DNA of 64,000 nt from a virus: the IMG/VR virus record IMGVR_UViG_3300047334_000085, one strand, 5' to 3'. Position numbers and translations under genes: made by a program. The notes beneath the pieces were generated by a model. It did no database searches. It saw only the letters and a program-made list of their open reading frames with translations, and had not been told where the DNA came from. Position 1 is the stretch's first letter; each line of letters starts with the position of its first letter. Positions 17,034 through 26,798 of this stretch are shown piece after piece.

Positions 17034-17209
17034 TATCGCCAAGCAATTCCGACATCGGACGGCGGGTGATCTACTCCAATTTCGGCAAAGAAGAAGTGGG
17101 CGAGATCGTCTCGATCAACGACGGCTACGTGTTCGTGCGATACGACAGCCATGGCGAGACGCCCATGGCCACGGCGCGGGAAAACCTCACCTGGGCCAGC
17201 CTGAAATGA
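17030..17209 (+). CDS. Hypothetical small protein (SH3/Tudor-like by eye)
   Basis: ATGA coupling. Contains IGRRVIYSNFGKEEVGEIVSINDGYVFVRYD. Confidence 0.5.
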   Translation: MISPSNSDIGRRVIYSNFGKEEVGEIVSINDGYVFVRYDSHGETPMATARENLTWASLK

Positions 17210-17460
17210 AGCCGCCGCACGCGCTTTTCGCCACGTGGCGGGCGCCGCCGGCCGGACCGATCAGCATTGAGCGATTGCGCGAGGCGCGGGACAAGGTTGA
17301 CGGCATCACCGACCAGATCCTCAATTTGAACAGCGAATATCTTGGCATCGACGAGCAGGCGCGGCACGCCATGGCGCAAGCGGCGTCGCTGCTGCTGACT
17401 GCATCGGCCGCGCTGCATGGCCAGATACTGTTGACCGAGATCAGGTCGACGAGCACTTGA
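17206..17460 (+). CDS. Hypothetical small protein
   Basis: ATGA coupling. Confidence 0.5.
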   Translation: MKPPHALFATWRAPPAGPISIERLREARDKVDGITDQILNLNSEYLGIDEQARHAMAQAASLLLTASAALHGQILLTEIRSTST

Positions 17461-17687
17461 GCCGTATCGAGGTATTCTGGTCTTCGTTCCGCCAGCCGGC
17501 GTCGGTCGAATGGCAAGAGCGGATGTGGATACGCGGCGCGGTGGCGCTGGCCTATGAGCGATACGGCGAAAAGGCCGCGATGGATGCGCTGGCGGCCATC
17601 CTGACCAAGAAATTCGGCTTCGAGCCGGATCCGCGCAATCCGTGGAACTGGTTCCCAGCAAGGCAGAGGCGGACTCTGGACACATGA
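17457..17687 (+). CDS. Hypothetical small protein
   Basis: TTGA coupling (TTG start). Confidence 0.45.
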   Translation: MSRIEVFWSSFRQPASVEWQERMWIRGAVALAYERYGEKAAMDALAAILTKKFGFEPDPRNPWNWFPARQRRTLDT

Positions 17688-17908
17688 GCAGACAGCAGAA
17701 TTGGGTCATCGCATACAAGAAGCTGGGCGATGCGGCACGCGCGATCAGCGACAGCCAGCCGTTATGCGCGGACACGTCGACCCAGTTGGTGTTCGACATG
17801 AACGAAGCGCTCGATCTGGTGTCGCGGGTGCGAGCGTCGCTTTCGCGGCAAATCCACCGGATGGACCAGGGGTTGATCGAGGACCCGGAGTTTCCGTCGC
17901 ATGGATGA
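17684..17908 (+). CDS. Hypothetical small protein
   Basis: ATGA coupling. Confidence 0.5.
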   Translation: MSRQQNWVIAYKKLGDAARAISDSQPLCADTSTQLVFDMNEALDLVSRVRASLSRQIHRMDQGLIEDPEFPSHG

Positions 17909-18143
17909 AGAAAAAGCGGCGCGATACGAAATCCTCAAGGCGTGCAACGAGGCGGGCAAATTCGCCGTTGCCATGGGATGCTCGATGCCGGACGAGCAGC
18001 AGCAGGCGTTCGAGGCGATGCAGGTGGAAGGCTGGATCAGCCTGATCGACGTCTCGCCACTATGGATCGATGATCGTCCGGGGCTTTACCGGATTTTCCT
18101 GGCCAGCAAGGATGCAATGACATGGTTTCGCCAACAGGGGTGA
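17901..18143 (+). CDS. Hypothetical small protein
   Basis: ORF track, 8-nt overlap. Confidence 0.5.
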   Translation: MDEEKAARYEILKACNEAGKFAVAMGCSMPDEQQQAFEAMQVEGWISLIDVSPLWIDDRPGLYRIFLASKDAMTWFRQQG

Positions 18144-18337
18144 TCAGCTTGGCCGAGTTGAAGGCGATGCACCTCCGCCTGAATGAAATCTTCGGCGAAC
18201 TGATCAATCTTGGCCGCTCGATGCAAGGCGGGCAATCGGACACGGTTTTCGCGATGGGCTTGGCGGCCGGTTCCGTTTCGCGGGCCAAAGCGCTGGTTGG
18301 GCGCGACATTGACGACACCGCCAGCGAGGCAAAATGA
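18140..18337 (+). CDS. Hypothetical small protein
   Basis: GTG at 18140 forms GTGA with the upstream stop. ATG 18122 is the alternative. Confidence 0.45.
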   Translation: MISLAELKAMHLRLNEIFGELINLGRSMQGGQSDTVFAMGLAAGSVSRAKALVGRDIDDTASEAK

Positions 18338-18750
18338 GCGACCCGGCCGCGCGGCGGCGGCTGCGCATGCTGTACCGCAAGATCCCAAGTTCAGGCCCTT
18401 GTCTTGCGGGCTGCATCGATTGCTGCGGGCCGGTGGCGTGGTCTTTCGAGGAATTCGAACGGGTTCGCCACGACCTTCCGCTGCACGCCGAATGGGTCAC
18501 GATCAGAGGCGCGTCCGCGCTGCTTGATCCGACCACGATGCGCTGCCCGTTCGCCTCCGTCGAGCACGGCTGCAAGGTCTACGAGCGACGGCCGTTCATC
18601 TGCCGGATGTACGCCTCGGTTGAAGATACGCGCATGCGCTGCCCGCACGGCTGCAACGCCAAGCGGCCGCTGGAGATCGCCAACGCGGTGCGGCTGACGA
18701 GAAGCTATCAAAGAGAACCAACCGCACCGCAGGGAGAACAACATGGGTGA
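18334..18750 (+). CDS. YkgJ/UPF0153-like Cys-cluster (Zn/Fe-S) protein
   Basis: CLAGCIDCCGP...C.F......C.VYE.RP.ICR.Y matches the CxxCxxCC family pattern. Confidence 0.6.
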   Translation: MSDPAARRRLRMLYRKIPSSGPCLAGCIDCCGPVAWSFEEFERVRHDLPLHAEWVTIRGASALLDPTTMRCPFASVEHGCKVYERRPFICRMYASVEDTRMRCPHGCNAKRPLEIANAVRLTRSYQREPTAPQGEQHG

Positions 18751-19003
18751 GACGTATCTGGTCTGGTCAATGGAACATTGCGGCTGGTGGCACTGCCAGG
18801 GGCACGGCTACACCGCGAAGCTGTCCGAGGCGCGGGGGTTTTCGCGGGCGGATGCGCTCAAAGTCTGCACCGAAGCGATCCCCGGACAGGCTGCCAGGCA
18901 CGGTTATCTGCCCGAGTTGCCGGTTGCCTGCGAGGACATTGAGAACATGCAGCAGGTCTACCACACCGACTTTCCCTCCTTGCCGACGGAGTGCTGGGAA
19001 TGA
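18743..19003 (+). CDS. Hypothetical small protein
   Basis: ORF track. Confidence 0.5.
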   Translation: MGETYLVWSMEHCGWWHCQGHGYTAKLSEARGFSRADALKVCTEAIPGQAARHGYLPELPVACEDIENMQQVYHTDFPSLPTECWE

Positions 19004-19365
19004 CCGGCGATATGCCCGTCGAAAGGCTTTTCACCTTCTACATGCTGGATCAGAACAACAACGTCGTCCCCGCGACGATGATGGAATACGCCACGTGGAT
19101 GCAAGAGAACGACCGGACGATAGCGTTCAAGGAAGAAGACGGCGTGATCGTATCGACGGTTTTCCTAGGCGTGGACATGGGGATCATGCACGGCTTCGAC
19201 TCCGACCCTGTCGTGTTCGAAACCATGGTGTTCTGCGACCCGCGATCGCCGCTGTGGAAGAAATACGACCGGATCAGCGTGCGCTACCGGTCATACGAAA
19301 ACGCGATCAAGGGCCACAACAGCGTTCTTGAGACGCTGCGCCGCGCACAACAGGAAGGCGCTTAG
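19000..19365 (+). CDS. Hypothetical protein
   Basis: ATGA coupling. Confidence 0.55.
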   Translation: MTGDMPVERLFTFYMLDQNNNVVPATMMEYATWMQENDRTIAFKEEDGVIVSTVFLGVDMGIMHGFDSDPVVFETMVFCDPRSPLWKKYDRISVRYRSYENAIKGHNSVLETLRRAQQEGA

Positions 19366-19629
19366 ATGACCGCGATTGCCGTGATGGTGCTGATCGAAAC
19401 GGACGACCCGACGCTGCAACCTGGAAACCTCGACACCACCACGGCGCAAGCGGTTGCCAGACTGCGCCAGAAGATTATCAACGCGCTGCCGGACCTGCGG
19501 CGCGTTGTCTGCGTCATGGACGAGGAACAGGCGAGGGTGATGATGCTGGCGCACAACATGGCGATGCTCAAAAGCGGGGCGACGGTGCTGTGGCCACCGG
19601 TCACCTATGTTCCGCCGACCATGGATTGA
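19366..19629 (+). CDS. Hypothetical small protein
   Basis: ATG directly after the upstream stop. Confidence 0.5.
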   Translation: MTAIAVMVLIETDDPTLQPGNLDTTTAQAVARLRQKIINALPDLRRVVCVMDEEQARVMMLAHNMAMLKSGATVLWPPVTYVPPTMD

Positions 19630-19638
19630 GAGGTGATC

Positions 19639-19989
19639 ATGGCAGAAGAATTCTCCCGCGAGATCAGTTACCTGCTGTTTCTGCAAGCCTGCGGCTATCT
19701 CGACATCAAGCCGATCGGGCGCACGCACTGGGCGGGCATCCAGGCGAAGATGTACACCCATGCCGTTGTCACCGGCCAGATGGGCGATACGACCGGCATC
19801 GCCGATTGCTGGTGCTACCGAAGCTACGCCGACGCCAAGGCCGCGCTGGACGGCTGGAACGGCCAGGGCGAGCCGACAGGCTGGATACGCCATCCGCCCA
19901 GCGGGCGGCGTGTCAGCCAGTCCGAGGACGAGATCGACGCGGAGGGTGCCAAGGTGGGCGGCGTCGGCGTGCTCTATGTGAGGGGATGA
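19639..19989 (+). CDS. Hypothetical protein
   Basis: GAGAGG sits 5 nt before the ATG. Confidence 0.5.
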   Translation: MAEEFSREISYLLFLQACGYLDIKPIGRTHWAGIQAKMYTHAVVTGQMGDTTGIADCWCYRSYADAKAALDGWNGQGEPTGWIRHPPSGRRVSQSEDEIDAEGAKVGGVGVLYVRG

Positions 19990-20282
19990 CAATGATGCAG
20001 AAGCCTGACGCCAAGGCCGCCTCCAAGCCGCACGGCATGCGCATCGAGAAGCTGTATTGCTGGGTGCTGAACGACCCGCAGGACGGCGGCGAGGCCATCC
20101 CGGCATATCTTGCGCGGAATGGCACCTGGATGCCGCTGATGGGTGCTGACCGGGAGCGGATGGAGTCCCTGCGCCCGAACGCGCAACAGATCGCCGACGA
20201 ACTCAGTGTGACGATACGGCTGAAAGTGTTCGGCAACGGGGTGGAGATCGATTGCATCGCTCCAGTGGCGAAGCGTGATTGA
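19986..20282 (+). CDS. Hypothetical protein
   Basis: ATGA coupling. Begins MTMMQKPDAK... Confidence 0.5.
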   Translation: MTMMQKPDAKAASKPHGMRIEKLYCWVLNDPQDGGEAIPAYLARNGTWMPLMGADRERMESLRPNAQQIADELSVTIRLKVFGNGVEIDCIAPVAKRD

Positions 20283-20856
20283 ACTGCCCAAGATCATGCG
20301 CACGATGGAGCGCGACGCGCGGGGGTTTCCGATCCCGTTCATCGTCATGCGCGACAAGACCGGCTTTGCCCATTTCAACATCAACGATTCGCGCCGCGTC
20401 GAGACCGCGCTGGCCAAGCGGCTTTGCTCGATATGCGGCAAGCGGCTGGAAAAGCTGGTCTGGTTTGTCGGCGGCACGCTCTGCTTTACCAGCGACCGCG
20501 CCGCCTTCCTCGACCCGCCGATGCACCAGGAATGTGCCGAATTTGCCCTCGCGGTGTGCCCGTTCCTGGCCGCGCCGCGCTACACACGCAGCATCGGCCA
20601 GCGGCGGGTGAACCGCGAGCTGATGCCGGGCAACATGGCGCTGAATAACGTGGCCTATAATGGGCCGATGCGTCCCGAATGGTTCGCCATGGGCGGCTGC
20701 TTCGCGTTCAAGCGGGTTCGTCCCGACCGGGCCAACATCGGGCACAGCATTTTTGTGCCGCTCGACTGGCAGATGGTGGAGTTCTGGCGGCACGGCAATC
20801 CGACCAACGCGCCGGAGCGGGCGGAGATTGAGCATCTGGAAAGGCTGGCGGCATGA
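20275..20856 (+). CDS. Hypothetical protein with C.ICG ... H.EC motifs
   Basis: ORF track, GTG start. Confidence 0.55.
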   Translation: MIELPKIMRTMERDARGFPIPFIVMRDKTGFAHFNINDSRRVETALAKRLCSICGKRLEKLVWFVGGTLCFTSDRAAFLDPPMHQECAEFALAVCPFLAAPRYTRSIGQRRVNRELMPGNMALNNVAYNGPMRPEWFAMGGCFAFKRVRPDRANIGHSIFVPLDWQMVEFWRHGNPTNAPERAEIEHLERLAA

Positions 20857-21146
20857 GCGTGACTTGCATGCATTGCGATGAGCCGATCGCCGAAGAAGAA
20901 GTCGCCTGGGTGGCGACGCAGTCGCCGGGTGAAATGCCGACGCTGCGCGGCATGCACCGGGATTGCCAGATCCGACTGGTGATCGGCGGGCTTAATCATC
21001 TGATGGGCACCTGTCTGTGTCATGGCGGCAGCGACCCGCCCGACCCGCCGTTTCTGAGCCGGCGCGAGGCGGCCACGGCGGCGGTGCTGTATTATCGCTG
21101 GCGTGATGCAGAGGCCAAGCGAGGCGCGAAGGAAACCGGGACATGA
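20853..21146 (+). CDS. Cys/His-rich small protein
   Basis: ATGA coupling. Contains CMHCDEP...HRDC...CLCHG. Confidence 0.5.
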   Translation: MSVTCMHCDEPIAEEEVAWVATQSPGEMPTLRGMHRDCQIRLVIGGLNHLMGTCLCHGGSDPPDPPFLSRREAATAAVLYYRWRDAEAKRGAKETGT

Positions 21147-21406
21147 TTCTGGCGATCATCGAAACCGTGCACATCATCATCGCGATGGCCAATATCGCGC
21201 TGGTGTTGCTGTTGTGGCGCAAGGTGCGCGAGGGCAACCAGTGCGTTGCTCTGTTGCAGGCGATTTGCCTCAATGCGTTTCTGGCGCGGGACTGGCCCGT
21301 TCGATTGAACCGTTCGGTGGGGTTTCTGCGCAGTATCGACATGCCGAGTGAAGCGGAGATTTGGGAAATGTATGAACGCATCGGTTCAAACGACCGGGAA
21401 CCATGA
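21143..21406 (+). CDS. Small membrane protein
   Basis: ATGA coupling. Begins MILAIIETVHIIIAMANIALVLLLW. Confidence 0.5.
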   Translation: MILAIIETVHIIIAMANIALVLLLWRKVREGNQCVALLQAICLNAFLARDWPVRLNRSVGFLRSIDMPSEAEIWEMYERIGSNDREP

Positions 21407-21738
21407 CACGGCGGGATTTGCGCCGCAGCACGGCGCTGGCCAGCGGCAAGGTCGACCCCGATCAGCAGCCGATGGCGGTGCTGGATATCCGTTCGCTGCC
21501 GCAAATCGACGCCGAGGCGCTGCCCGGCCTGCCGTTGGGCATGGTGGCGTATCTGCGCGGCGGCGATCCGCCGATGATCCTGCTGTATGACCCGGTCGCA
21601 GACATGCACGTAGCGGTGCCGCTGGCATTGCGGCATGACCTGACACCCTATCTGGCGGCGCTGCGCGAGGCGCAGGCGCGTCAGGCGATGGGCGAGGCGC
21701 CCGAGGCGCAGGGATACAGGATCGAGGTTGGCCGATGA
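21403..21738 (+). CDS. Hypothetical protein
   Basis: ATGA coupling. Confidence 0.5.
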   Translation: MTRRDLRRSTALASGKVDPDQQPMAVLDIRSLPQIDAEALPGLPLGMVAYLRGGDPPMILLYDPVADMHVAVPLALRHDLTPYLAALREAQARQAMGEAPEAQGYRIEVGR

Positions 21739-22016
21739 CCCGAACATTCGCAGTCACCCGCATCGAAGCGGCGGCGGACGCCATCGGGGCGTTTCTGGAC
21801 AGCAAAACCGCACCGAAACCGGGCGACGATTTTGACACGACGTTGGCGCGTGTCGCGCTGGCAGCGGCCGATGCGGTTGATCCGCTGCGCTATCCGGCCA
21901 AGGAACTGGATGGCAGCGTGCCGCTGATGCTGTATTTCGGCAGCCGCGCGGACGCCGATGATTTTGCCGAAAAGGCCGTCGCGTCGATGAAAGATCCGGT
22001 GGAAATCATCGTTTGA
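21735..22016 (+). CDS. Hypothetical protein
   Basis: ATGA coupling. Confidence 0.5.
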   Translation: MTRTFAVTRIEAAADAIGAFLDSKTAPKPGDDFDTTLARVALAAADAVDPLRYPAKELDGSVPLMLYFGSRADADDFAEKAVASMKDPVEIIV

Positions 22017-22243
22017 GCACCGAAGAAGCCGACAGCGACGAAACCGCATGGCGGATCGTCTTCCACGAAGAGGGTTCAACACCCGACCAGCACATGACGG
22101 TGCTCGCCAAAGGCATGATCGACGACGGCCAGCTTGAAGCCCTCGAAGGCTTCATTCTGCGCCAGCGTGAACGCATCGATGCGCGGCAAAAGGACGAAAA
22201 CGCCGCCGTGATTGCTACCGATACGACGACAATGCTACCGTAG
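22013..22243 (+). CDS. Hypothetical acidic small protein
   Basis: TTGA coupling. Confidence 0.45.
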   Translation: MSTEEADSDETAWRIVFHEEGSTPDQHMTVLAKGMIDDGQLEALEGFILRQRERIDARQKDENAAVIATDTTTMLP

Positions 22244-22320
22244 GCGGACCGCACCGGCGCGGGGCTTGCCGGGTACCCAACGCTATTATCACCGCGCAAC
22301 GCGCGGAGGGGTGCCCGCGC

Positions 22321-22677
22321 ATGAGGCCGAAGCCGCTTACAGGCATATCGTTCAAACTGGCCGACCGGAACGGCACCTATCTCGGCGTGCTGATCGTGCC
22401 CGAATGGGTGGCGCGGCAACTGAACCCGCCGAATAGCGACCGCATCCATGACTACGTGACGGTGCGCATGCTGATCCGCGAAGTCCGGGCGTTTCCCACT
22501 GCTGACGATAACAAACGCGCAGAAATGGCGGGCTGTTTCACCATCTACCCGTCGATGGCGCTGGATGGCGCGATTGAGGTCAGCGGCATCAATATCGGCG
22601 CGCTCTCGTCGCAGACCGGCTTTGCCTTCCTGCCTGGCGCGGCCTATCTCGCCGACGTGCGACTGGCGCCGGGCTGA
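22321..22677 (+). CDS. Hypothetical protein immediately upstream of portal
   Basis: GGAGGGG lies before the ATG. TGATG overlap with the portal start. Confidence 0.55.
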   Translation: MRPKPLTGISFKLADRNGTYLGVLIVPEWVARQLNPPNSDRIHDYVTVRMLIREVRAFPTADDNKRAEMAGCFTIYPSMALDGAIEVSGINIGALSSQTGFAFLPGAAYLADVRLAPG

Positions 22678-25058
22678 TGCCGCAGGACACCACCCGGCCG
22701 AAAGACGACGGGCGCATCCGCATGCCGCCCACCGACAGCGCGATGAACAAGATCAGCCCGCCGTTCAAGATGGACGACAAGGGCACCATGCTGGGCGGTC
22801 CGCGTGGCGACAAGAAAAAGCAGCAGAAGCTGCTGGAACGGGTGCGCAAGCGGATGGACCGCGCCATCGCGGCCGAGTCCGACAACCGCAAAGCCGGGAT
22901 GGATGACCGCTCGTTTGTCGCCGGTAACCAGTGGCCGTCCGAAGTGGTGGCACAGCGCAACCTCGACAAGCGACCGTGCCTCACCTTCAACAAGTTCCCC
23001 ACCCTGATCAGCCAGATCACCAACGCGCAACGCCAGTCCAGGCCCTCGATCAACATCAGCCCGACCGGCGAGCGCGGCGATGCCGAGGTGGCGAAGATGT
23101 ACCGGGGCATGATCCGGTTCATTGAACGCGATTGCGGAGCCAATGCGCCAAACGGACCCTATGACACCGGGTTTGCCGATTCCGTCACGATGGGCTGGGG
23201 GTATTGGCGGGTGCTGACGGAATGGGAGGCGCCGGACAGCTTCAACCTCGTGCTCGTGGTCAAGCGCATCCGCAACCCGTTCACCGTTTATCTCGATCCG
23301 TCACACCAGGAGATCGACGGTTCTGACGCGAAATGGGGTTTCGTGTCGGAATTGCTGCCGCGCGAAGAATTCAAGGAGAAATGGCCGAAAGCCGACCAGA
23401 TGCCTTTCACCCAGGCCGGTCTGGGCGAGACGATGAAGCAGTGGATCACCACCGACGAAATCCGCATCGCCGAGTATTTCGAGATCGAATACCAGACCAG
23501 GACGCTGATCGAACTCAGCAACGGCCATACCGGCTGGGAAGACGAACTCGACGAGATCACCGATGGCTACATCAAGCGCGGCAAGCTGTGGGTGACGGAC
23601 GAGCGCGAGGCGCGGATCCCGCAGGTGATGTGGTACAAGGTCACCGCCAATGACGTGCTGATGGAACGGGAATGGCTGGGCAGCACCATCCCGATCGTCA
23701 AGGTGACCGGCCGGGAACTCGACATCGAGGGGCGGCCGAAGCTGAAAGGCATCGTGCGCGACGCCAAGGACGCGCAGCGCATGATCAATTACTGGGATAC
23801 CAGCAAGACCGAGATGGTCGCGCTGGCGCCGAAATCGCCCTACATCGGCGAGGAAGGCCAGTTCGAGGGCCACGAAGACGAGTGGAAGATGTCGAACATC
23901 CGTTCGACGCCCTATTTGTCCTACAAGGGCACCTCGGTGAACGGCACGCCCGCCCCGCCGCCGCAACGTGTCGCCTTTGCTGGCGTCCCGGCGGGCATCG
24001 TCGAGGCCAGCCAGTCCGCGCAGCAGCATCTGATGGGAATAACCGGCGTCCGGTTCGATAGCACGCTGGCCGAACGGACGATGGACGAAAGCGGCAAAGC
24101 GCTGCGGGAACTGCGCCAGTCCGGTGATATCGGCGCGTTTGACTTCATCGACAACCTCACCCAGTCGCTGCGACGTACTGGCGAGATCATGCTGGAACTG
24201 ATCCCGAAGATTTACAGCGAATCCCGCATCATCACGATCCTTCGCGAAGACGACAAAGAAGAGCAGGTCAAGATCGACCCCGCGCAGCCGAAGCCGATGG
24301 GCGAAATGCGCAAGCCCGACGGCAAGATGATGCGGGTGTTCAACCCGGTCATGGGCAAGTACGGCGTCACGGTCACGATCGGGCCGAACTTCGCCACCAA
24401 GCGGGTGGAAGCGGGCGAGAACATGATCGCCTTCGCCAAGGCGCTGCCGCAGACCGCCGCGCTGATCGCCGATCTGATCGCCAAGAACATGGACTGGCCG
24501 GGCGCGGAAGAGATCGCCACACGGCTGGCCAAGACCCTGCCGCCCAACCTGCTGGTGCCCGACCAGAAGGACCTCTCGCCGCAGGTGCAGGCGCTGCTGG
24601 CGTCGATGGACGGCCAGATCAAGCAGCTTACCCAGCAGCTACAGCAGGCGATGGCGGCGCTGACCGACAAGAACCAGGACCGGGCGCTGGCGGCCGACAA
24701 ATTCAACAAGGATTACGAGGCCAAGCTGCTGAAGATCGTGGCCGACGTCGAGACCAAGATGGCGGCGACGGAAGAGAAGGCGAAGGCCAATTTCAACACC
24801 CATATCGGCGCGCAAATCCGCGAAATGGGTGCGGATACCGCCGCGCTGATGCAGGCTTTGGAAAACCCGCCAGCCGCCGCCGAGGGTGGCGCCCCAGCGG
24901 CGGCGACGGGCGGCGACGGTTCGAACCCGGCTTCCGCTGACGAAGCCACGCCACCGCCGCAAGCCCTCTCACATCTGCGGGAAGGCCGCAACACCACGTT
25001 CGCGAACGGGCAGACCTGGACCCTCTCGAACGGCCAGCCGGTGCGGGTGAAGACATGA
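22677..25058 (+). CDS. Portal protein, P22 gp1-like
   Basis: AGNQWPSEVVAQRNLDKRPCLTFNKF..., IRIAEYFEIEYQ and IPIVKVTGRELDIEGRPKLKGIVRDAKDAQRMINYW parallel P22 gp1 segments ([45 protein letters not shown]). Long coiled-coil C-terminal barrel. Confidence 0.88.
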   Translation: MPQDTTRPKDDGRIRMPPTDSAMNKISPPFKMDDKGTMLGGPRGDKKKQQKLLERVRKRMDRAIAAESDNRKAGMDDRSFVAGNQWPSEVVAQRNLDKRPCLTFNKFPTLISQITNAQRQSRPSINISPTGERGDAEVAKMYRGMIRFIERDCGANAPNGPYDTGFADSVTMGWGYWRVLTEWEAPDSFNLVLVVKRIRNPFTVYLDPSHQEIDGSDAKWGFVSELLPREEFKEKWPKADQMPFTQAGLGETMKQWITTDEIRIAEYFEIEYQTRTLIELSNGHTGWEDELDEITDGYIKRGKLWVTDEREARIPQVMWYKVTANDVLMEREWLGSTIPIVKVTGRELDIEGRPKLKGIVRDAKDAQRMINYWDTSKTEMVALAPKSPYIGEEGQFEGHEDEWKMSNIRSTPYLSYKGTSVNGTPAPPPQRVAFAGVPAGIVEASQSAQQHLMGITGVRFDSTLAERTMDESGKALRELRQSGDIGAFDFIDNLTQSLRRTGEIMLELIPKIYSESRIITILREDDKEEQVKIDPAQPKPMGEMRKPDGKMMRVFNPVMGKYGVTVTIGPNFATKRVEAGENMIAFAKALPQTAALIADLIAKNMDWPGAEEIATRLAKTLPPNLLVPDQKDLSPQVQALLASMDGQIKQLTQQLQQAMAALTDKNQDRALAADKFNKDYEAKLLKIVADVETKMAATEEKAKANFNTHIGAQIREMGADTAALMQALENPPAAAEGGAPAAATGGDGSNPASADEATPPPQALSHLREGRNTTFANGQTWTLSNGQPVRVKT

Positions 25059-25678
25059 GCGGTGCGATGAACCCGTCCGATCCGTGGCGGCCGGTGCATC
25101 ATGCGGATGCCTGGACCCCGAAACTGGTGTCCGACAACACCAAGCCCGCCAAGGCCAAGCCGAAACCGGCCGATACGGCGCCTGAGACGGGGCCACAGGC
25201 CAAGCAGGACGGCGAACCAAAGCCTGGGCGCACCTCGGCCGCGATCACCGTCAGCACCCCTCTGGATGTCACCATGGCGCTGCCCGACGGGCTGGCGGAC
25301 GACATCATCACCTTGGTCGAGGCGCAGCGCGATCTTGCCGATCAGGTGGCAACGCTGGTCGACAAGCTGAACAAGTGGACCGCCGATGTGCAGAGCGCGA
25401 TGCAGGCGGCGCAGCAGCCGGTCATCGAGACCATGCAATCGACCTTGCAGCAGGTGATGGCCGGGCAGCAGGCGCTGGCCGCACAGGTCAAGCAACTCGC
25501 CGATGCGCAACCGGCGCTGACCTCGGGCATCGCCTCGTGGTCGCACAGCATCGAGGCCGCCATCCGGGCGCCACGGCGCGTGGCACTTGAGCGCGGCCAG
25601 GACGGTCTGGCGACCGGGGCCGTTTCCAGCGTCGTTTCCACCCCCACCCAACCACCCGAAGCAAGGACAAGCCCGTGA
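25055..25678 (+). CDS. Gln/Ala-rich coiled-coil protein
   Basis: ATGA coupling to portal. Confidence 0.6.
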   Translation: MSGAMNPSDPWRPVHHADAWTPKLVSDNTKPAKAKPKPADTAPETGPQAKQDGEPKPGRTSAAITVSTPLDVTMALPDGLADDIITLVEAQRDLADQVATLVDKLNKWTADVQSAMQAAQQPVIETMQSTLQQVMAGQQALAAQVKQLADAQPALTSGIASWSHSIEAAIRAPRRVALERGQDGLATGAVSSVVSTPTQPPEARTSP

Positions 25679-26769
25679 GCGTTTTTGCCACCGAGATCAA
25701 CATCTACGGCTCCGCCAACATGCCTGAAACCGACGGCGTGACCGTCGGCGGCGCGGTGGACCTGACCAAGATCATCACCTTCAGCGACATGGCGGCGACC
25801 GGCACGATCGATTTCCTGTCCTCGTCCTCCTCTGACACCGCCACCAAGATCCAGGTGGCCGGGCGCGACGCCTCGGGCATCTTGCAAACCCCGGCCGCCG
25901 TCACCCTGAACGGGCAGGTCAAGATCAACGGCAGCCAGTCGTTTCAGCGCCTGCTGTTCGGCGCGATCTCGGGTGCCAGTGCCAACGGCCCGCTGGCCAA
26001 CCCCGGCGGGACCGCAGCGGTGGGCGATGTGGCGGCGATGGCGCACACCCTGACCATCAGCGGCCACACTTGCCAGGCTGGCAGTGCGAACCATTCCGGC
26101 GTGACGCCTCCGACCATCAAGCTGCAATCGGGCGACGGGGCCAGCATCACGCTGGGCATGATCATCCACCTGACCGGCGGCACCGGTTCGGGCCAGATCA
26201 GACAGGCGTGCAGCACCTCTGGCACCGGCTCGGGGCAGTATGGCACCGACATCATCGCGGTGAACCGCGACTGGGGCACCGTGCCGGACGCGACCACGAC
26301 CTATGAGGTGGCGACGGGCATGCTGTTCCCGATCCTGCCCAACCCGGTCACAGCGGTCATCCGGCCGTTTTCCACCGTGGCGTCGGACGTGGTGGGCGGT
26401 TCGACCCGGCTCTACTACGAAAAGGCGTTCGTCCTGAACACGGACGGCACTACCGCGCTGACCTCGCAGACCCTGATCAAGCAGATTGACCCGTCGGGGC
26501 TGTATTCGGGTGGCGGTGCGTTCGATATCGCCCCGTGCACGGCGCTAAATGACACCAACACCACCACCAACCGCCAGACCGCGCCCAGCACCGGCGTTGG
26601 CTCATATTCGTCCGGTGCGGCGCCGCAGACCGTAACGCCGCCGGCGCAGACCGCCGCGTCGAACTCTGCCGCGCAGGCGCAAGGCTTCTGGATGCGGGAA
26701 ACCCTGCCGCCGGCGCTGGCGCCGACCAACACCTTCTTCGACCTGCGGAGTTTCGGCACCTCGACCTGA
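25675..26769 (+). CDS. Virion structural protein, unknown role (Thr/Gly/Ser-rich beta-type)
   Basis: GTGA coupling. The assignment rests on composition and position. Confidence 0.55.
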   Translation: MSVFATEINIYGSANMPETDGVTVGGAVDLTKIITFSDMAATGTIDFLSSSSSDTATKIQVAGRDASGILQTPAAVTLNGQVKINGSQSFQRLLFGAISGASANGPLANPGGTAAVGDVAAMAHTLTISGHTCQAGSANHSGVTPPTIKLQSGDGASITLGMIIHLTGGTGSGQIRQACSTSGTGSGQYGTDIIAVNRDWGTVPDATTTYEVATGMLFPILPNPVTAVIRPFSTVASDVVGGSTRLYYEKAFVLNTDGTTALTSQTLIKQIDPSGLYSGGGAFDIAPCTALNDTNTTTNRQTAPSTGVGSYSSGAAPQTVTPPAQTAASNSAAQAQGFWMRETLPPALAPTNTFFDLRSFGTST

Positions 26770-26798
26770 CCTAGCGGGCAAAAAGCGGGAGTAGCGCC

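Noticed and set aside
22266-22290. Possible Caulobacter-type sigma-70 promoter (TTGCCGG-N9-GCTATTAT) upstream of gene 22321, and TTGACG-N17-ATAAAA at 31814-31842 upstream of the scaffold gene
   Set aside because: The matches are partial and the spacing is off consensus. They are too weak to report as features without transcript-end data.
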